A stretch of DNA of 64,000 nucleotides. Origin: the human T2T-CHM13v2.0 reference genome, Homo sapiens. Below are positions 1 to 37,357 of this stretch, in pieces. The notes beneath the pieces are model-generated. The model did no database searches, was not told the origin of the DNA, and was given only the letters and a program-made list of their open reading frames with translations. Position 1 is the stretch's first letter. Every line of letters begins with the position of its first letter. A program made the position numbers and the translations under genes. The DNA lies in the NCBI RefSeq assembly GCF_009914755.1, contig NC_060944.1, one strand, 5' to 3'.

Positions 1-3307
<3,307 letters not shown>

Positions 3308-4059
3308 AGTCCTTATTTTTATTTTAGCCCTCTTACAGTGGGTACTTTTAAAGCATTTGATAGCAAATGATTTTTTCTTCCAAGGCAAATATGTTTAATA
3401 TGTAAGTCTAGAAAGGAAAAGCAAAACAAAAATGAGCTGGGCTTCAAATTCTTCCAGCTGTGGAGTCATTTGCAGGTTGTGGAGCAGGACAAGTCTGTTG
3501 CAGCCAGGCCAGGTGCCAATTCCAACAGGCGCATGTGTCATCTCTGGCACAAAAATCACAGGTCACCAAACCCTGATTTGAGTTTAAAGGAAGAGGCATG
3601 AATAAGGCAACTCTGGGTTGTAAAGCTCAGGCTGCTCTTTATCTCCAAAAATTTGTCTTAAATATGATTCTTCTCAGGGGTGTTTTTCCCCTCTTTTAAG
3701 CAAAACAAGAAGTCAAGTACTTGTTTACCCTAAATTGCATTTTTTGATCTCTCTCTTCTGCTCTCTCTTTCCCCCTCAGTTGTGTGTCCTTCCCAGGGAG
3801 AAAAGTGGTTCAGAGTACAGCCTGGGGGTGGAGCTTGGGGCTGTGCCAGCTCATTTTCAGATTAGGTATTTCGTAACAGAGTTTTAGGCATGTGCAGGGT
3901 TTAGGCTTCTACCCAAGGAATCTATTTTCACTTGCAGGGAAATTTCACACTGTAATTACTATCATGAAGCAAAATATGGTGTGGGGTGAGGGAGGAGAAC
4001 ATTGTTACTAACCCTTGGATATTAACCCCTACGAAGCAAGTTTGGAACTGCCATACATT

Positions 4060-4290
4060 ATCATTATTAACATTTGAGTGCTCTGTGCTTGACACTGTGT
4101 TTAGAGCTTTCACTATGCTGTTCTATTTAATCCTGATAATACCCTATGACATAAGCATTATTGTTGTTGCTATTATTATCATTATCAGTGTTCTCACTTT
4201 AGGAAATGGAGGCACAGAAAGTTCAAATAACCAGCCACTATCACACAGCTTTGTAAGTAGCAGAACCAGCTTAGCAGGTTAGGCAGTGAG
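4060..4290. repeat. MIR-like SINE fragment
   Basis: ATTTAATCCTGATAATACCCTATGA...GGAAATGGAGGCACAGAAAG...ACACAGCTTTGTAAGTAGCAGAACC resembles the MIR core. Confidence 0.6.
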
Positions 4291-4304
4291 TGTCAAAGCC
4301 CACA

Positions 4305-10597
<6,293 letters not shown>

Positions 10598-10639
10598 AAA
10601 ATGAGATATTTTAAATAACATAAGTAAACAGAAATATAT

Positions 10640-11190
10640 CATGATTTTAATGATAATTCATGCTCTGAAAATAAATGAAGAAAGGAATAGGAGTAGGGAA
10701 AGCTGGGATCAGAGTGGGCAGGAAGTTAAAATAGAGCAGTTAGGGAAAGCCTCACTGAATAAGTGACATTTGGACAATGACCATGGGGAGATTAGGGAAT
10801 GGGTTATTTGAATTTTCTGGGAAAATACTGTTCTAGGCAGAGGAAATAGCAAGTGCACGATCTTTAAGGCCAGAGTGTGCTAAGCACGTTGGAGAGGCCG
10901 AGTCCATTGTAGCTGAGTTACAGAAGTGAGTGGAAGAGAAGAAGGTGATGAGTTTAGAGAGGGAAGGGCAGGGCAAGAGACTGGCTGTATGGGGCTTTGC
11001 AGGTTACTGCAAGAATTTTGCAGGAGGGACAGAGACTGACTTGGTTCTTACCAGGATTCCTCTGGCTGCTGTGTTGAGTATAGACTCTAAGAGGAAAGAG
11101 TGGAAGCAGGCAGAACACTGAGGAGGCTGTTGCAGTGGTCCAGGTGGGAAATGATGGTGCTGACCGTGGAGGTGGTAAGTGGTCAGATTA
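10640..11190. repeat. L2 fragment (related pieces at ~8600-8900 and ~9455-9590)
   Basis: AGGGAAAGCCTCACTGA..TGACATTTG, TTCTAGGCAGAGGAAATAGCAAGTGCA, CTCTGGCTGCTGTGTTGAG, GTGGAGGTGGTAAGTGGTCAGAT. Confidence 0.7.
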
Positions 11191-11199
11191 TTCTATTTT

Positions 11200-11700
11200 A
11201 TTTACACTCAACACATCTAATACTGACTCAATATTATCTAACATACAGTCCACATTGAAATTGCCCCCCAAATTCTTTTTACATAAAAAAATCATCCTGA
11301 ATCCAATCAAGTCTCACCTATTGCTTTTGGTTTTCACCTCTTTCATGCTGTCATATTTTAAAAGACTCCAGGCTAGATGTTGTGTAGAATGTCCCACATT
11401 CTGAATTCGTTTATTTTTTCAAGTAAGCTTTTTGTGTGTATGTGGCAAGAATACGACAGAGGTAGCAATATGCTTTCCCCACTGCATCATATTAGGAGAC
11501 ACATAACAACAGTCCTGACCCATTATTGGTGGTGCTAAGTTCGATCACTTGGTAAGGGGGTGCCTGCCAGATCTTTCCATTGTAAAGCAAGCTGTTCTTT
11601 ATTGTAAGTCATAAATACGCTGTGGGATGATACTTCGGGACTAAATATACCCTGAATATACTGCTGCCCAACAACATTTCACCCAGTGACTTTAGCAGCT
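11200..11700. mobile_element. Old L1MC-like 3' UTR fragment
   Basis: CTGCATCATATTAGGAGACACATA...GATCACTTGGTAAGG...GCCAGATCTTTCCATTGTAAAG resembles an L1MC4/5 3' end. Confidence 0.55.
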
Positions 11701-12059
11701 AAGGAACAGCCTCGTGGCTTCCGACCTTGTGCCTCAGTTCGCTCATCTGAAAAATGAGGATGATCATGGTCCCTACCGGATGCTTGTTTTGAGGATCCGT
11801 GCTTGGCATACCAGAAACGCTCCACAAATGTTAGGTATTACTGGACGAAGGCAAATATGAAAAAAATTAAGGGCAGGGCTAGGACTGCATTCCGGTTCTC
11901 CGGATCCCGAGGGAGCTCCCAGTCGATGCTGGGCGAAAGCGGCCGCACGAGCCCACGTCGCCACGCCCTCCGCCGCGGAAGCCAGGGTGGGGGTCGCTGG
12001 AACCCTAGGCCGGCCGCGCAAGGCCCCCTGGGACCGGTAGTGCTGGGCGTGGCCTCGGG

Positions 12060-12078
12060 ACTACATATCCCAGTGGCC
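12060..12078 (+). promoter_or_regulatory. ZNF143/THAP11-type ACTACAnnTCCCA promoter motif
   Basis: ACTACATATCCCAGTGG lies just upstream of the inferred TSS. Confidence 0.75.
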
Positions 12079-12094
12079 CCCGTGCGGCGACTTT

Positions 12095-12227
12095 AGCTGC
12101 TGCTGTCTCAGCCGCTCCACAGCGACGGCGGCGGCTGCGGCTTAGTCGGTGGCGGCCGGCGGCGGCTGCGGGCTGAGCGGCGAGTTTCCGATTTAAAGCT
12201 GAGCTGCGAGGAAAATGGCGGCGGGAG
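12095..12227 (+). other. NCOA3: NCOA3 exon 1 (non-coding 5' UTR); start approximate
   Basis: CGGCTTAGTCGGTGGCGGCC...GCGAGTTTCCGATTTAAAGCTGAGCTGCGAGGAAAATGGCGGCGGGAG matches my recollection of the NCOA3/AIB1 mRNA 5' end; it is followed by a consensus donor GTGAGT (12228-12233). Confidence 0.85.
12212..12222 (+). promoter_or_regulatory. YY1 motif overlapping an upstream ATG
   Basis: AAAATGGCGGC matches YY1 AANATGGCGGC at a typical downstream-of-TSS position. Confidence 0.7.
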
Positions 12228-14730
12228 GTGAGTGGAGATAAAGGAGGAGGCGGTGGCGGGCGAGGGGGTGGAGTGCGAGGCGGAGGGAAGAGGGGCGAGT
12301 TCCCCAGGCTGCGAGAGCCAGCGGCTTCAGATCTGCCAAGGCACTGAGGGGCGCGCCGGCCGGGGGACGCGCTGAGGTAGTTTCGGGGTGTCGGGGCCGC
12401 GCCGCTTCCCCTCAGCCCGGGGGGCGGCCCGCGGCGGTAGGAGCTGAGACGAAGCTGGGTGGCAGTCCGCTTGGGGATCCGAGGGGGTCCCCGCGCGGAG
12501 GGGTCACCCGAGGAGTTTGCGGGGGGACTGCAGGGGCCCACTTTCCCCTTCTGTCCCTAAAGTTTTTTCTTCCTCTTGCCTCCCTCAGCCCTTTTGAAAG
12601 CTCCCCGCGTCGTCCTCCTGCTGCCCCGGCTCCTTAGCAGCTTCTGGGACGCACGGGAGGGAAAAGCCGCGGGGACCCCCCCCACCCCAGCCTCCCAGCC
12701 GGGTGAGATTTGGTTGCTGTGTTTCCTCCTCACTTGGGCATTTAAAAAATATTTTAACACGAATTGTCCGCGGAATTTTCATGTTGGGCTCGGGTAGCTT
12801 CTTAGTTTTCTCGGTAAAAAGGCGTTTTACTACCTCTGGTGTGAAGGCTGGGAAATGGCAAGTGGGAAGTTGGTTGATAAAATTAGGAGTTTGGCTGTCT
12901 TTATTACTACTTTTTTTTTTTTTTTTGCTCTCCCCATCTCTCATTTTATGAACATCGACCCAGTTCGTCATGGTTTAAATAAACTGCTTGTCTTGTACCT
13001 GCCTTAACAAAACTAGCCATGGGTCGTTGGGAGACTTAGTTGCTTCCTAGGCAGTTTGAGGGCATCTAGGGTGGAAAAGTTAACCGAGAGAGCGAGCATC
13101 TACCTCACTGGCAGGATCTGGGATTCCCAAATGGAATGACACGGAAGCTATGAGATTCTCTCGAAGTCGAAACTTTTTTCCCCCTCCCGAATGCGAAGAC
13201 TTCCTTTTTGCAATATTTGAGCAGGGCTTCAAAACCAACCTGTTTTTGTTATTAAGCCTGTAGGGTAAAGAAACAGGAAGGAGAGTACCAGCTGTCTTGC
13301 TGCAGTGGTTTTAAATGGAGTTGAATGAGATGCGTGAGAGTGGTAGTAGTATTGAGTAAGATTGCTGCATCTCTTTGATTTAAATGCCTGGCCTCGGATC
13401 CACCTAACTGATCCCTGGCTGCAAAAAAGCTTCAGTATTTGTTGCAGCAGGTTGTTGAGAAGGTGATTGGAGGAATAAAAATCTTAGGTCTTCAGCGAAT
13501 GCTGCACAAACGAAAATGTTAATGGAAACCTGTAAGTTTGTGAATTGTTTGTTCTTGAAAATATTTTAAATGTATGCTCATTTAGAATATGGTTCTACCG
13601 AATGATATCCAATTGGAAAGGTACAAACACATTGAAAAGTGAATCTCTCTTTCACGCCAAACCCTACAGTTTCCCCTTCTCAGAGGCAAAGACTGTTACT
13701 GGTTTTTAGAATATCCTTGGTCTTTGGAATAATTATTTTAAGATTTTCATTTGAAACCACTTCTGTTGGATACCAAAAGCAGGGAAATAAAATGAACAGA
13801 AGAAACAGAAAATGTGGGAATACTGTTTTTGCTCTCTTAAAAAAAATGTTGATAGCTATTGGAAAAAGCTCTTCAGAACTTACTGCTTATGTCACCTTAT
13901 CTATTAATACCGTTAAATAACAATCTGTGGGGCTTTAGGATAAAGAACTCTGCCAGGGTTCATTGTTTGTATGTACAATGAATCCTCTGCTTGTAACATG
14001 TAAAATGATATTGAACACTATAGCTCCTGTCACTAGAGGTTGCTTCAGGTTCTGCATTTCAATGAGCAGAAATCTAAATTGCCTGTGATCCTAAATTATA
14101 GGGGCATTTTATGTATAGATGGAAATGACTTAATTGTCCAATCAGCATTTGAAATAAGAGGCATATACCAGCTTTTGGCATATAGAAGATGGGGATTGTG
14201 GACTAAGCGGGAGGCTGTAATATTTCTAGAGCAGTTATAGGAAATATTTCTGCCATAAGATATTTAATTACAAAGGCTTTGAAAATGTACAACTTAAGCA
14301 TCAATAGCGAGATTTATATTTTTATATTTTAGAATGGTTGTTTTAACAGCTTGCCAACACTAACAATTTGCTAAGGAAATTCAGTGATATTAGAGCTAGG
14401 TTATTAAAGATTATATTAAATAATTTAACTGTATTTTGAAAATGATTATGCTGTGCATTTCCTTCTCTGTATAAAAATTATTTCTAAAAAGTGCCACGCA
14501 CCTCCCGAGCAAATAAAATAGAATTCAGTAAGGAGTGAAGTACTGTTGTACGTGAGACCCTTTTTCTAGGCGATATGCAAATAAAAAGTAGTTTAAAAAT
14601 GGTTGCTTACTAATGTCTTCTTGACTGGTCTTTTGAAATAAGCTTTCTTGCAGGGACATTACATTAAAGATAAAAGCTAAGTGTGTCTTTTTTTTTTTTT
14701 TTTTTTTTTTTAACGAATTCAGTTCTTTCT

Positions 14731-21110
<6,380 letters not shown>

Positions 21111-21492
21111 GTGAGTTTTCTTAAACTTAGTTTTCATACCACTGTTCTAAGTCTTGAGGCCTTAAACTTCAATCATCTTTAATTTGCTGCTGCTTGGTTG
21201 TTGTTGCCTACTCTTCCATGCACAGACATACTTAATCAGTGATTATTATGCCTTTACTATTTAAGGAACTGTGAGAGTTAACAAAGTTTGTGACCTCCAA
21301 GTGTGCACAATCAATCAGGTACTCATATCACTTCAGTACAAGGCAATCAGTGATAAGTCGGTTTTGCCTATAGAGATTGTAGAGAAGTTCAGAGGAGGCA
21401 AGGGACTACTACTGATCCAGGCCATCAGGGTACAGCATGTTGAAGAATAAGATTTAAACATTTTCTTTCTTTCTTTCTTTTTTTTTTTTTGA

Positions 21493-21633
<141 letters not shown>

Positions 21634-21746
21634 TAATTTTTTTTTTTTTTTTTTTTTGAGACAGAGTCTCTCTTTGTCACCCAGGCTGGAGTGCAGTGGC
21701 GTGTTCTTGGCTATATAGATATATAGCTGAGATATGTATCTCTCTC

Positions 21747-21748
<2 letters not shown>

Positions 21749-21793
<45 letters not shown>
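21749..21793. repeat. (TA)n microsatellite
   Basis: About 22 TA units. Confidence 0.95.
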
Positions 21794-21800
<7 letters not shown>

Positions 21801-21816
21801 TTTCTTTTTTTTTTGA

Positions 21817-22032
<216 letters not shown>

Positions 22033-22056
22033 TGATCTGCCCGTCTCCAAAATAAA

Positions 22057-22272
22057 ATAAGTGGGAACTATGCTACACATGGACATATTGTGTGGAATAA
22101 TAGACAAGAGACTAGGAAGGGTGAGGAGGGGGATGATGAGAGATTACTTAATGGGTACAATGTATGTGATTTGAGTAAATGATGCCCTAAAAGTCCTGGC
22201 TTCACCACTAGGCAATCTATGCATGTAACAAAATTACACTTGTACCCCATAAATTTATACAAATTAAAAAAA
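22057..22272 (+). mobile_element. L1 3' end (L1MA/L1PB-like) with A tail
   Basis: ATAAGTGGGA...TTACTTAATGGGTACAATGTA...CATGTAACAAAATTACACTTGTACCCCATAAATTTATACAAATTAAAAA. Confidence 0.8.
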
Positions 22273-22479
22273 ATCAGGCTGGGTGCAGGGGCTCATGCCC
22301 ATAATATCAATACTTTGAGAGGCTGAGGCAGGAGGACTGCTTAAAGCCGGAAGTTAAAGACTAGGCTGGGCAATATAGTGAGACCCCATCCTATGAAAAA
22401 AAAATAGGAAATAATAAAATAATTTTTACAAAAAACAAAATATAAACACAAAAAAAGTTTTTCTTCTAGAAAAAATAAC

Positions 22480-24180
<1,701 letters not shown>

Positions 24181-24634
24181 AAATGCTTAAACTTAAAAAC
24201 TTTAAACTATATGCATGTATATGTACCTAGACTAGGGTAACAATGGTTCCAGGGCAGGGAAGGAGGCAGCTAAGAAAGGACGGCCACTGTATACCCTCTG
24301 ATAACTTTTAAATTGATCTGATGTGTACCTGTAATTTATTTCAAAAAGTATTTTCTTAACTGAGACCATTTGCAACTCTCTTTAAGTCAACATTTTCTTT
24401 TTTTTTTCTAGTATCAGAAGATTTTATTTTTTTACTTTTATTTTTTTGAATTTTTTTTTTAATTTATCAACATTTTCTTAATATAGAAATAAAGTAGAGG
24501 CAGAGATGGATTTAGGTCCATAACAGTTCTTCATAACCCAATTTCAAATTTTCTACATATCACAACAGTCTCATTCTCACTACTTTTATAACTGAAAAAA
24601 CAGTATAAATTTCAAAAATAAACTTGTAACAAAT

Positions 24635-30332
<5,698 letters not shown>

Positions 30333-30764
30333 AAGGCTACAGGTTGTCAGTGGCCTCAGTGCTTTCGGGCTACACCCTTGTTTACAGTGACAACAAGGTG
30401 GTATTGGAGTGTTACAGGGTCACAGAGAAGACCTTCAATTATCAATTAGAGGTTTTAAATTTAAATTTACCCTGGCTTTTAAAGGAACAGGGTACACTGT
30501 TTTCTCTTTACTGCTTCTCTCTCTGACTCTGTCTCTCTCTTTCTCTCTTTGACTCCCTCTTTGTCTCTCTGCCTCTCTCTCTTTCCTCTGCTGGTCTTTC
30601 CCTGCCTCTGCCAGCCACTTATGCCGCTGTTCTCCCCTCTCCTTGCCCTTCCCCTAGGGGAGGAACCGGCAGGAGTGGAGCTACTCTTTCTTCCCCTGAG
30701 AAGAAAGGAAAGGGGAGTTCTGAATATTTTCCTTACTACCGGAGGTTTGTGTGAGGTTCAACCC

Positions 30765-30980
30765 CCTGAAATTTGCGGAAGGCTCAACCCCTCAAACCAG
30801 TGGTGTCTTGTCTTGGCTTTCCTGGAAGACTCAACCTCTCAAACCAGGGATGTCTTGCCTTGCCTGCCCTGGAAGGCTCAAACCCTCAAATTAGGGATGT
30901 CTTGTCTTGCCTTGCCTGCCCTGGAAGGCTCAAACCCTCAAACTAGGGAGTGTCTTGCCTTGCTGCCCTGGAAGGCTGAC
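30765..30980. repeat. Tandem repeat of ~47-52 bp, about 4 copies, in the ERV leader
   Basis: The unit GGCTCAA(A/C)CCCTCAAACCAGGGATGTCTTGCCTTGCCTGCCCTGGAA recurs directly. Confidence 0.85.
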
Positions 30981-31513
30981 CTGTTTCCTCCCTTTCCCCC
31001 TCTGAAGGTCCTTTGCGCTCACTGAACTTGTGTTGTCCTCTCTGGCTGCTCCCCTGAGGGAGAATTAGGCCCCTCTTAGCGTTGGTGTGCTGGTATAAAT
31101 CCCACGGCAGGATCTGCCCTAAGCCATATGAGGTAGCTATGGAACGCAGAGGGCACCCACTCACTCTGTCCAGCAGTAGGACTTGTCATCATCTACACGA
31201 ACAACACCGCAAGTACGGTTGTTTGTGATCATTCACGCACATACACATTTAGCCCTTCAGAATTTGACCACCAAGGAAGTACTCTACCGGCTCCCACGGC
31301 TTCTCCTTCCTTGGTGTGTGCACAGAGTCGTCGCCGCAGTATGTGAAGATCTTTTACCTAGGTTGCTGGCCAGTTTCTTTCCGCCTTGCTGAGAGCTCAG
31401 CTTATTCGTCGCACTGCGTGGGTCCTGATTTGTCACCCCTGAGGCCGCCACAAGGGGGCGGGGTGCACCTCCTCACAAGAGAGAACCAGAGACCGCCCCC
31501 GGAGGGGAATGTA

Positions 31514-31531
31514 ATCACAGGCAAGCCCCCA
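31514..31531 (-). other. Primer binding site, tRNA-Pro type
   Basis: Minus strand TGGGGGCTTGCCTGTGAT versus the Pro PBS TGGGGGCTCGTCCGGGAT; lies 4 nt after the LTR terminal CA. Confidence 0.8.
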
Positions 31532-31535
31532 AATT

Positions 31536-32020
31536 TGTATAAAGTTTCGGTGCCACAAAAGAAATAGCACTCGAATATAAGATTTTCTTTTTTTTTTTCT
31601 CAGCAAGGCAATTTACTCTTATAGAAGGATGCACCTTCACAGATGGAGCAATGGTGAGCGCACACCTGGACAAGGGAGGAGAAGGGGTTCTTATTCCTGA
31701 CGCACGTGGCCTCTGCTGCTGTGTCGTTCCCCTATTGGCTAGGGTTAGACTGCACAGGCTAAGCTAATTCCGATTGGCTAATTTAAAGAAAGTGTTGGGG
31801 TGAGTGGTTTGGCGGGAAAAATGGCTGTGGCAGAGCAGGAAACAGGAATGAGTCAAGATGAACAATGAGTCAGGGTGGAGCAGGTAATCAGAATAAGTCA
31901 GAGTGGAACAGGTAATCAAAAAAGGTTGCTCTACAGGGAAGTTAAGTTTAAAAGTAGAAGGCAAAGAATTGAACATACTGACATATTCTTTGAAGAGAAA
32001 TTTAGAACTCATATCCAACA
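31536..32020 (-). mobile_element. LTR10 (LTR10F/A-like) 5' LTR
   Basis: TG...CA termini (TGTTGGATATGAGTTCTAAATTTC...TTTATACA); repeated GGAATGAGTCAGGGTGGAGCAGGTAATC units; CCAAT boxes; adjacent Pro PBS. Confidence 0.8.
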
Positions 32021-32340
32021 CTCAGGCACCATACCATATAGATTATGGAGGTCTTGAAATCAGATAGAGTAATTCTTCTAACTTTATTCCTTTTCAAGTT
32101 GTTTTGGCTATTCTAGGCCCTTTGCATTTCCATATAATTGCTAGAATCAGCTTATTTCTGTGAAATTTCTGTTGAGATTTTGATTGTGATTGCATTGAAT
32201 CGGTTGATCAATTTGGAGAGAATCAACATCTTAACAGTATTGTGCCTTTGCTTCCATGAACACATTGTATATCTTTTCATTTATTTAGGTCTTATTTAGT
32301 TTCCGTTAGCAGTGTTTTGTAGTTACCATTGTACAGATCT

Positions 32341-32647
<307 letters not shown>

Positions 32648-33150
32648 CTTTTTTTTTTTTTTTTTTGTGGTTTTAAGGAGAGAGTTTAATAGGCAGAAAG
32701 AAAGGGAGAAGACGGAAGAAGCTCCCCCATACAGAGACAGAAGGAGGGGGGCTCCAAAACCAAAAGAGGAAGTCCCCACCTGCCACAGATACCAGCCAGG
32801 TATATATGCAGCGGCTGGAGGAGGCAGTGTTTGATTTGCATAGGGCTCGGGATTGGTTTGACTCAACAAATCATTCGCGTAGCCCGTGAAAAAGCTGACC
32901 CTCCCACCCTGGCCTTTTAATATGCAAATGCAGGGGCGCTATGATGTTCTACACACGTGGGGATATGTGGGGGAGGCCATGTTGCCAGGAACTTGTGGGG
33001 AAAGGGCAAGAAGGCTGAGGCAATCTCCATGTTTGGGTGGACCCATTTTCTAATGGCCTGCATTTGCATATCAAAGGTTGTTGGCCTGGCTCTAAGAGCT
33101 GAGGCTTTACGAGAAACTTTTCCAGAGATGCTTTAAAAAAAAAAAAAACG

Positions 33151-33480
<330 letters not shown>

Positions 33481-33652
33481 TTATCCCCTGTGGAGATGCC
33501 ACACTAACTGTTAGGGGGTTTTGGGCGATGACTCTTTCTGGCTACTTCCTGCTGAAAAGGGGCGTGGAATGGGAAACAGCAGCTAGGGCTCCTTCTGGGG
33601 TTGATCCAAGGGTCTTCGGAGGAATGGCTGGCCTGTCCATGTGTGGTTCAGT

Positions 33653-34007
33653 TTATGGCACCATTTGGAGTTTGATTGCTTCTAGGCGAGAAGAAATATT
33701 TCGAGTGATAGTATTAACTATACGGGGTCCAAATATTAGTACAAGACGTATAAGCAAGAGAGTGCTTAGTAAAGGGGTTAACCAATTCCATAAAGAAGAC
33801 TGGAATTTATTAAAGAGGGGTTGTAGCCACTTGGAGCTGAATCTGGCATTTTCCCTGAGCCTGTCAATAATTTTGATTTTTAAGTACCTGTAGATTTTCC
33901 TCTACTTTACTAGAGGTGTTAATCCCAAAGCAGCATGTTTCGTTTAAAACTGCTTTACTAAACCCAATAAAAAGTCCTAGCGGACTCAGCGATAGTGAAA
34001 CTTTCAT
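33653..34007 (-). pseudogene. Degenerate retroviral env remnant (TM subunit), frameshifted
   Basis: Translates as MKVSLSLSPLGLFIGFSKAVLNETCCFGINTSSKVEENLQVLKNQ, then after a frameshift KIIDRLRENARFSSKWLQPLFNKFQSSLWNWLTPLLSTLLLIRLVLIFGPRIVNTITRNISSRLEAIKLQMVP*. It has the gamma-type TM CC motif and an FGP...SRLEAIKLQM tail. Confidence 0.8.
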
Positions 34008-34702
34008 GCTTCCTTTTTGTCAACTATTATCCCTGCTATAAGGATAATAATTAAGCAAAATATTACAGCAGTGGAAACTCTCTAATATTTCAGTTAGAAG
34101 GTGCTACCATGTATAACCCTATTGCAAATAGTAGAGTGAGGACAGCAATTCCCACAAGTGTGGTATTTTCATAGCCCATGCTAAAGCATTTACCCATAGA
34201 AGAACGGTTCCGGTTAACTTCTGAACTTAAAATCGCCTTACTAATTAAGTACCATCTTAATAGGAGCCAGAATAGATGGCTTAAAGGAATGTAGGAACCG
34301 AATGGTCATTTTCCTGTCAGTGGGACAATATTGAGACAAAAATTTGTCTACGGAAGACATTTTACTCCTGTTAAAAGCAGAAACTTCCTGTTCCCAGAAG
34401 AGGCCTACAGCCTGATTTCTACTAGGTGGCTTAGGAATACCATGTGTTTGCCAGAATGTAGAGAGAGAGAGACATTTATTGAATTACTGCCTGCCGTGAT
34501 TCACAATCTTTTCTAACATACCTGTTTCCCTGAACTGTAAAGACTCCTGCATGTTAGACACACGGAGAGAGGGTAAGAGACCGAGGATAGAAAGAGAAAG
34601 AAAGTTTGGCGACAGGGTAGCTGGAAGAGAGCCTTGAAATTAAAGGACAGATTTAAAGTTGAAATCCATTCCATACCCACCACTCTGATGGTTGAATTTC
34701 CT

Positions 34703-34720
34703 TTCCTGGCCCATGCACCA
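34703..34720 (-). other. Primer binding site, tRNA-Gly(GCC) type
   Basis: The + strand TTCCTGGCCCATGCACCA matches the tRNA-Gly-GCC 3' end TTCCCGGCCCATGCACCA with one CpG transition; 3 nt from the LTR end. Confidence 0.8.
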
Positions 34721-34994
34721 AAATGATACGGCTCTAATGAGTGGGGGAACACCAGGGTTCTTGGTCCTCATGCCAGTTTAGATAAAATGACTTGGGCACA
34801 CGTGGAGTGGTTTTAAGGAGCAGAAGGTTTAATAGATAAGAAGTGAAGGGACAAGTGAAGGGAGAAGACAGAAAGAGGAAGCTCCCTGGTACAGAGACAG
34901 AGGGAGGGGGCTCCAAAGCCAAAAGAGGAGGTCCCCCCAGTATACAGATCTTATAAAGCTTCTGTCAGATTTATCAGTAAGTTCCATATATATA

Positions 34995-37357
<2,363 letters not shown>

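Larger units (their letters stand above)
11880..12790. promoter_or_regulatory. NCOA3: CpG island / promoter of NCOA3
   Basis: Abrupt GC- and CpG-rich block in otherwise CpG-depleted DNA; spans exon 1 and the first ~560 bp of intron 1. Confidence 0.9.
30331..31535 (-). mobile_element. HERV-IP10-type internal 5' leader, truncated
   Basis: Follows the LTR10 3' end and PBS; class I ERV leader motifs (TTTAAATTTACCCTGGCTTTTAAAGGAACAGGGTACAC); stops abruptly at an A29 run. Confidence 0.75.

Noticed and set aside
12005-12541. 178-aa minus-strand ORF and other ORFs in the CpG island
   Set aside because: Pro/Arg/Ala-rich and stop-poor because of high GC; no recognisable domain.
30549-31025. 158-aa + strand ORF
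   Set aside because: It runs through CT-rich and tandem-repeat ERV leader on the antisense strand; no coding signature.
33528-33893. 121-aa + strand ORF
   Set aside because: It is the antisense shadow of the env remnant on the minus strand.
33481-34702. Spliced subgenomic env mRNA as the origin of the short ERV internal region
   Set aside because: Donor-like sequence and a long leader are retained after the PBS and I cannot identify a clean splice junction; internal deletion is the simpler reading, though untested.
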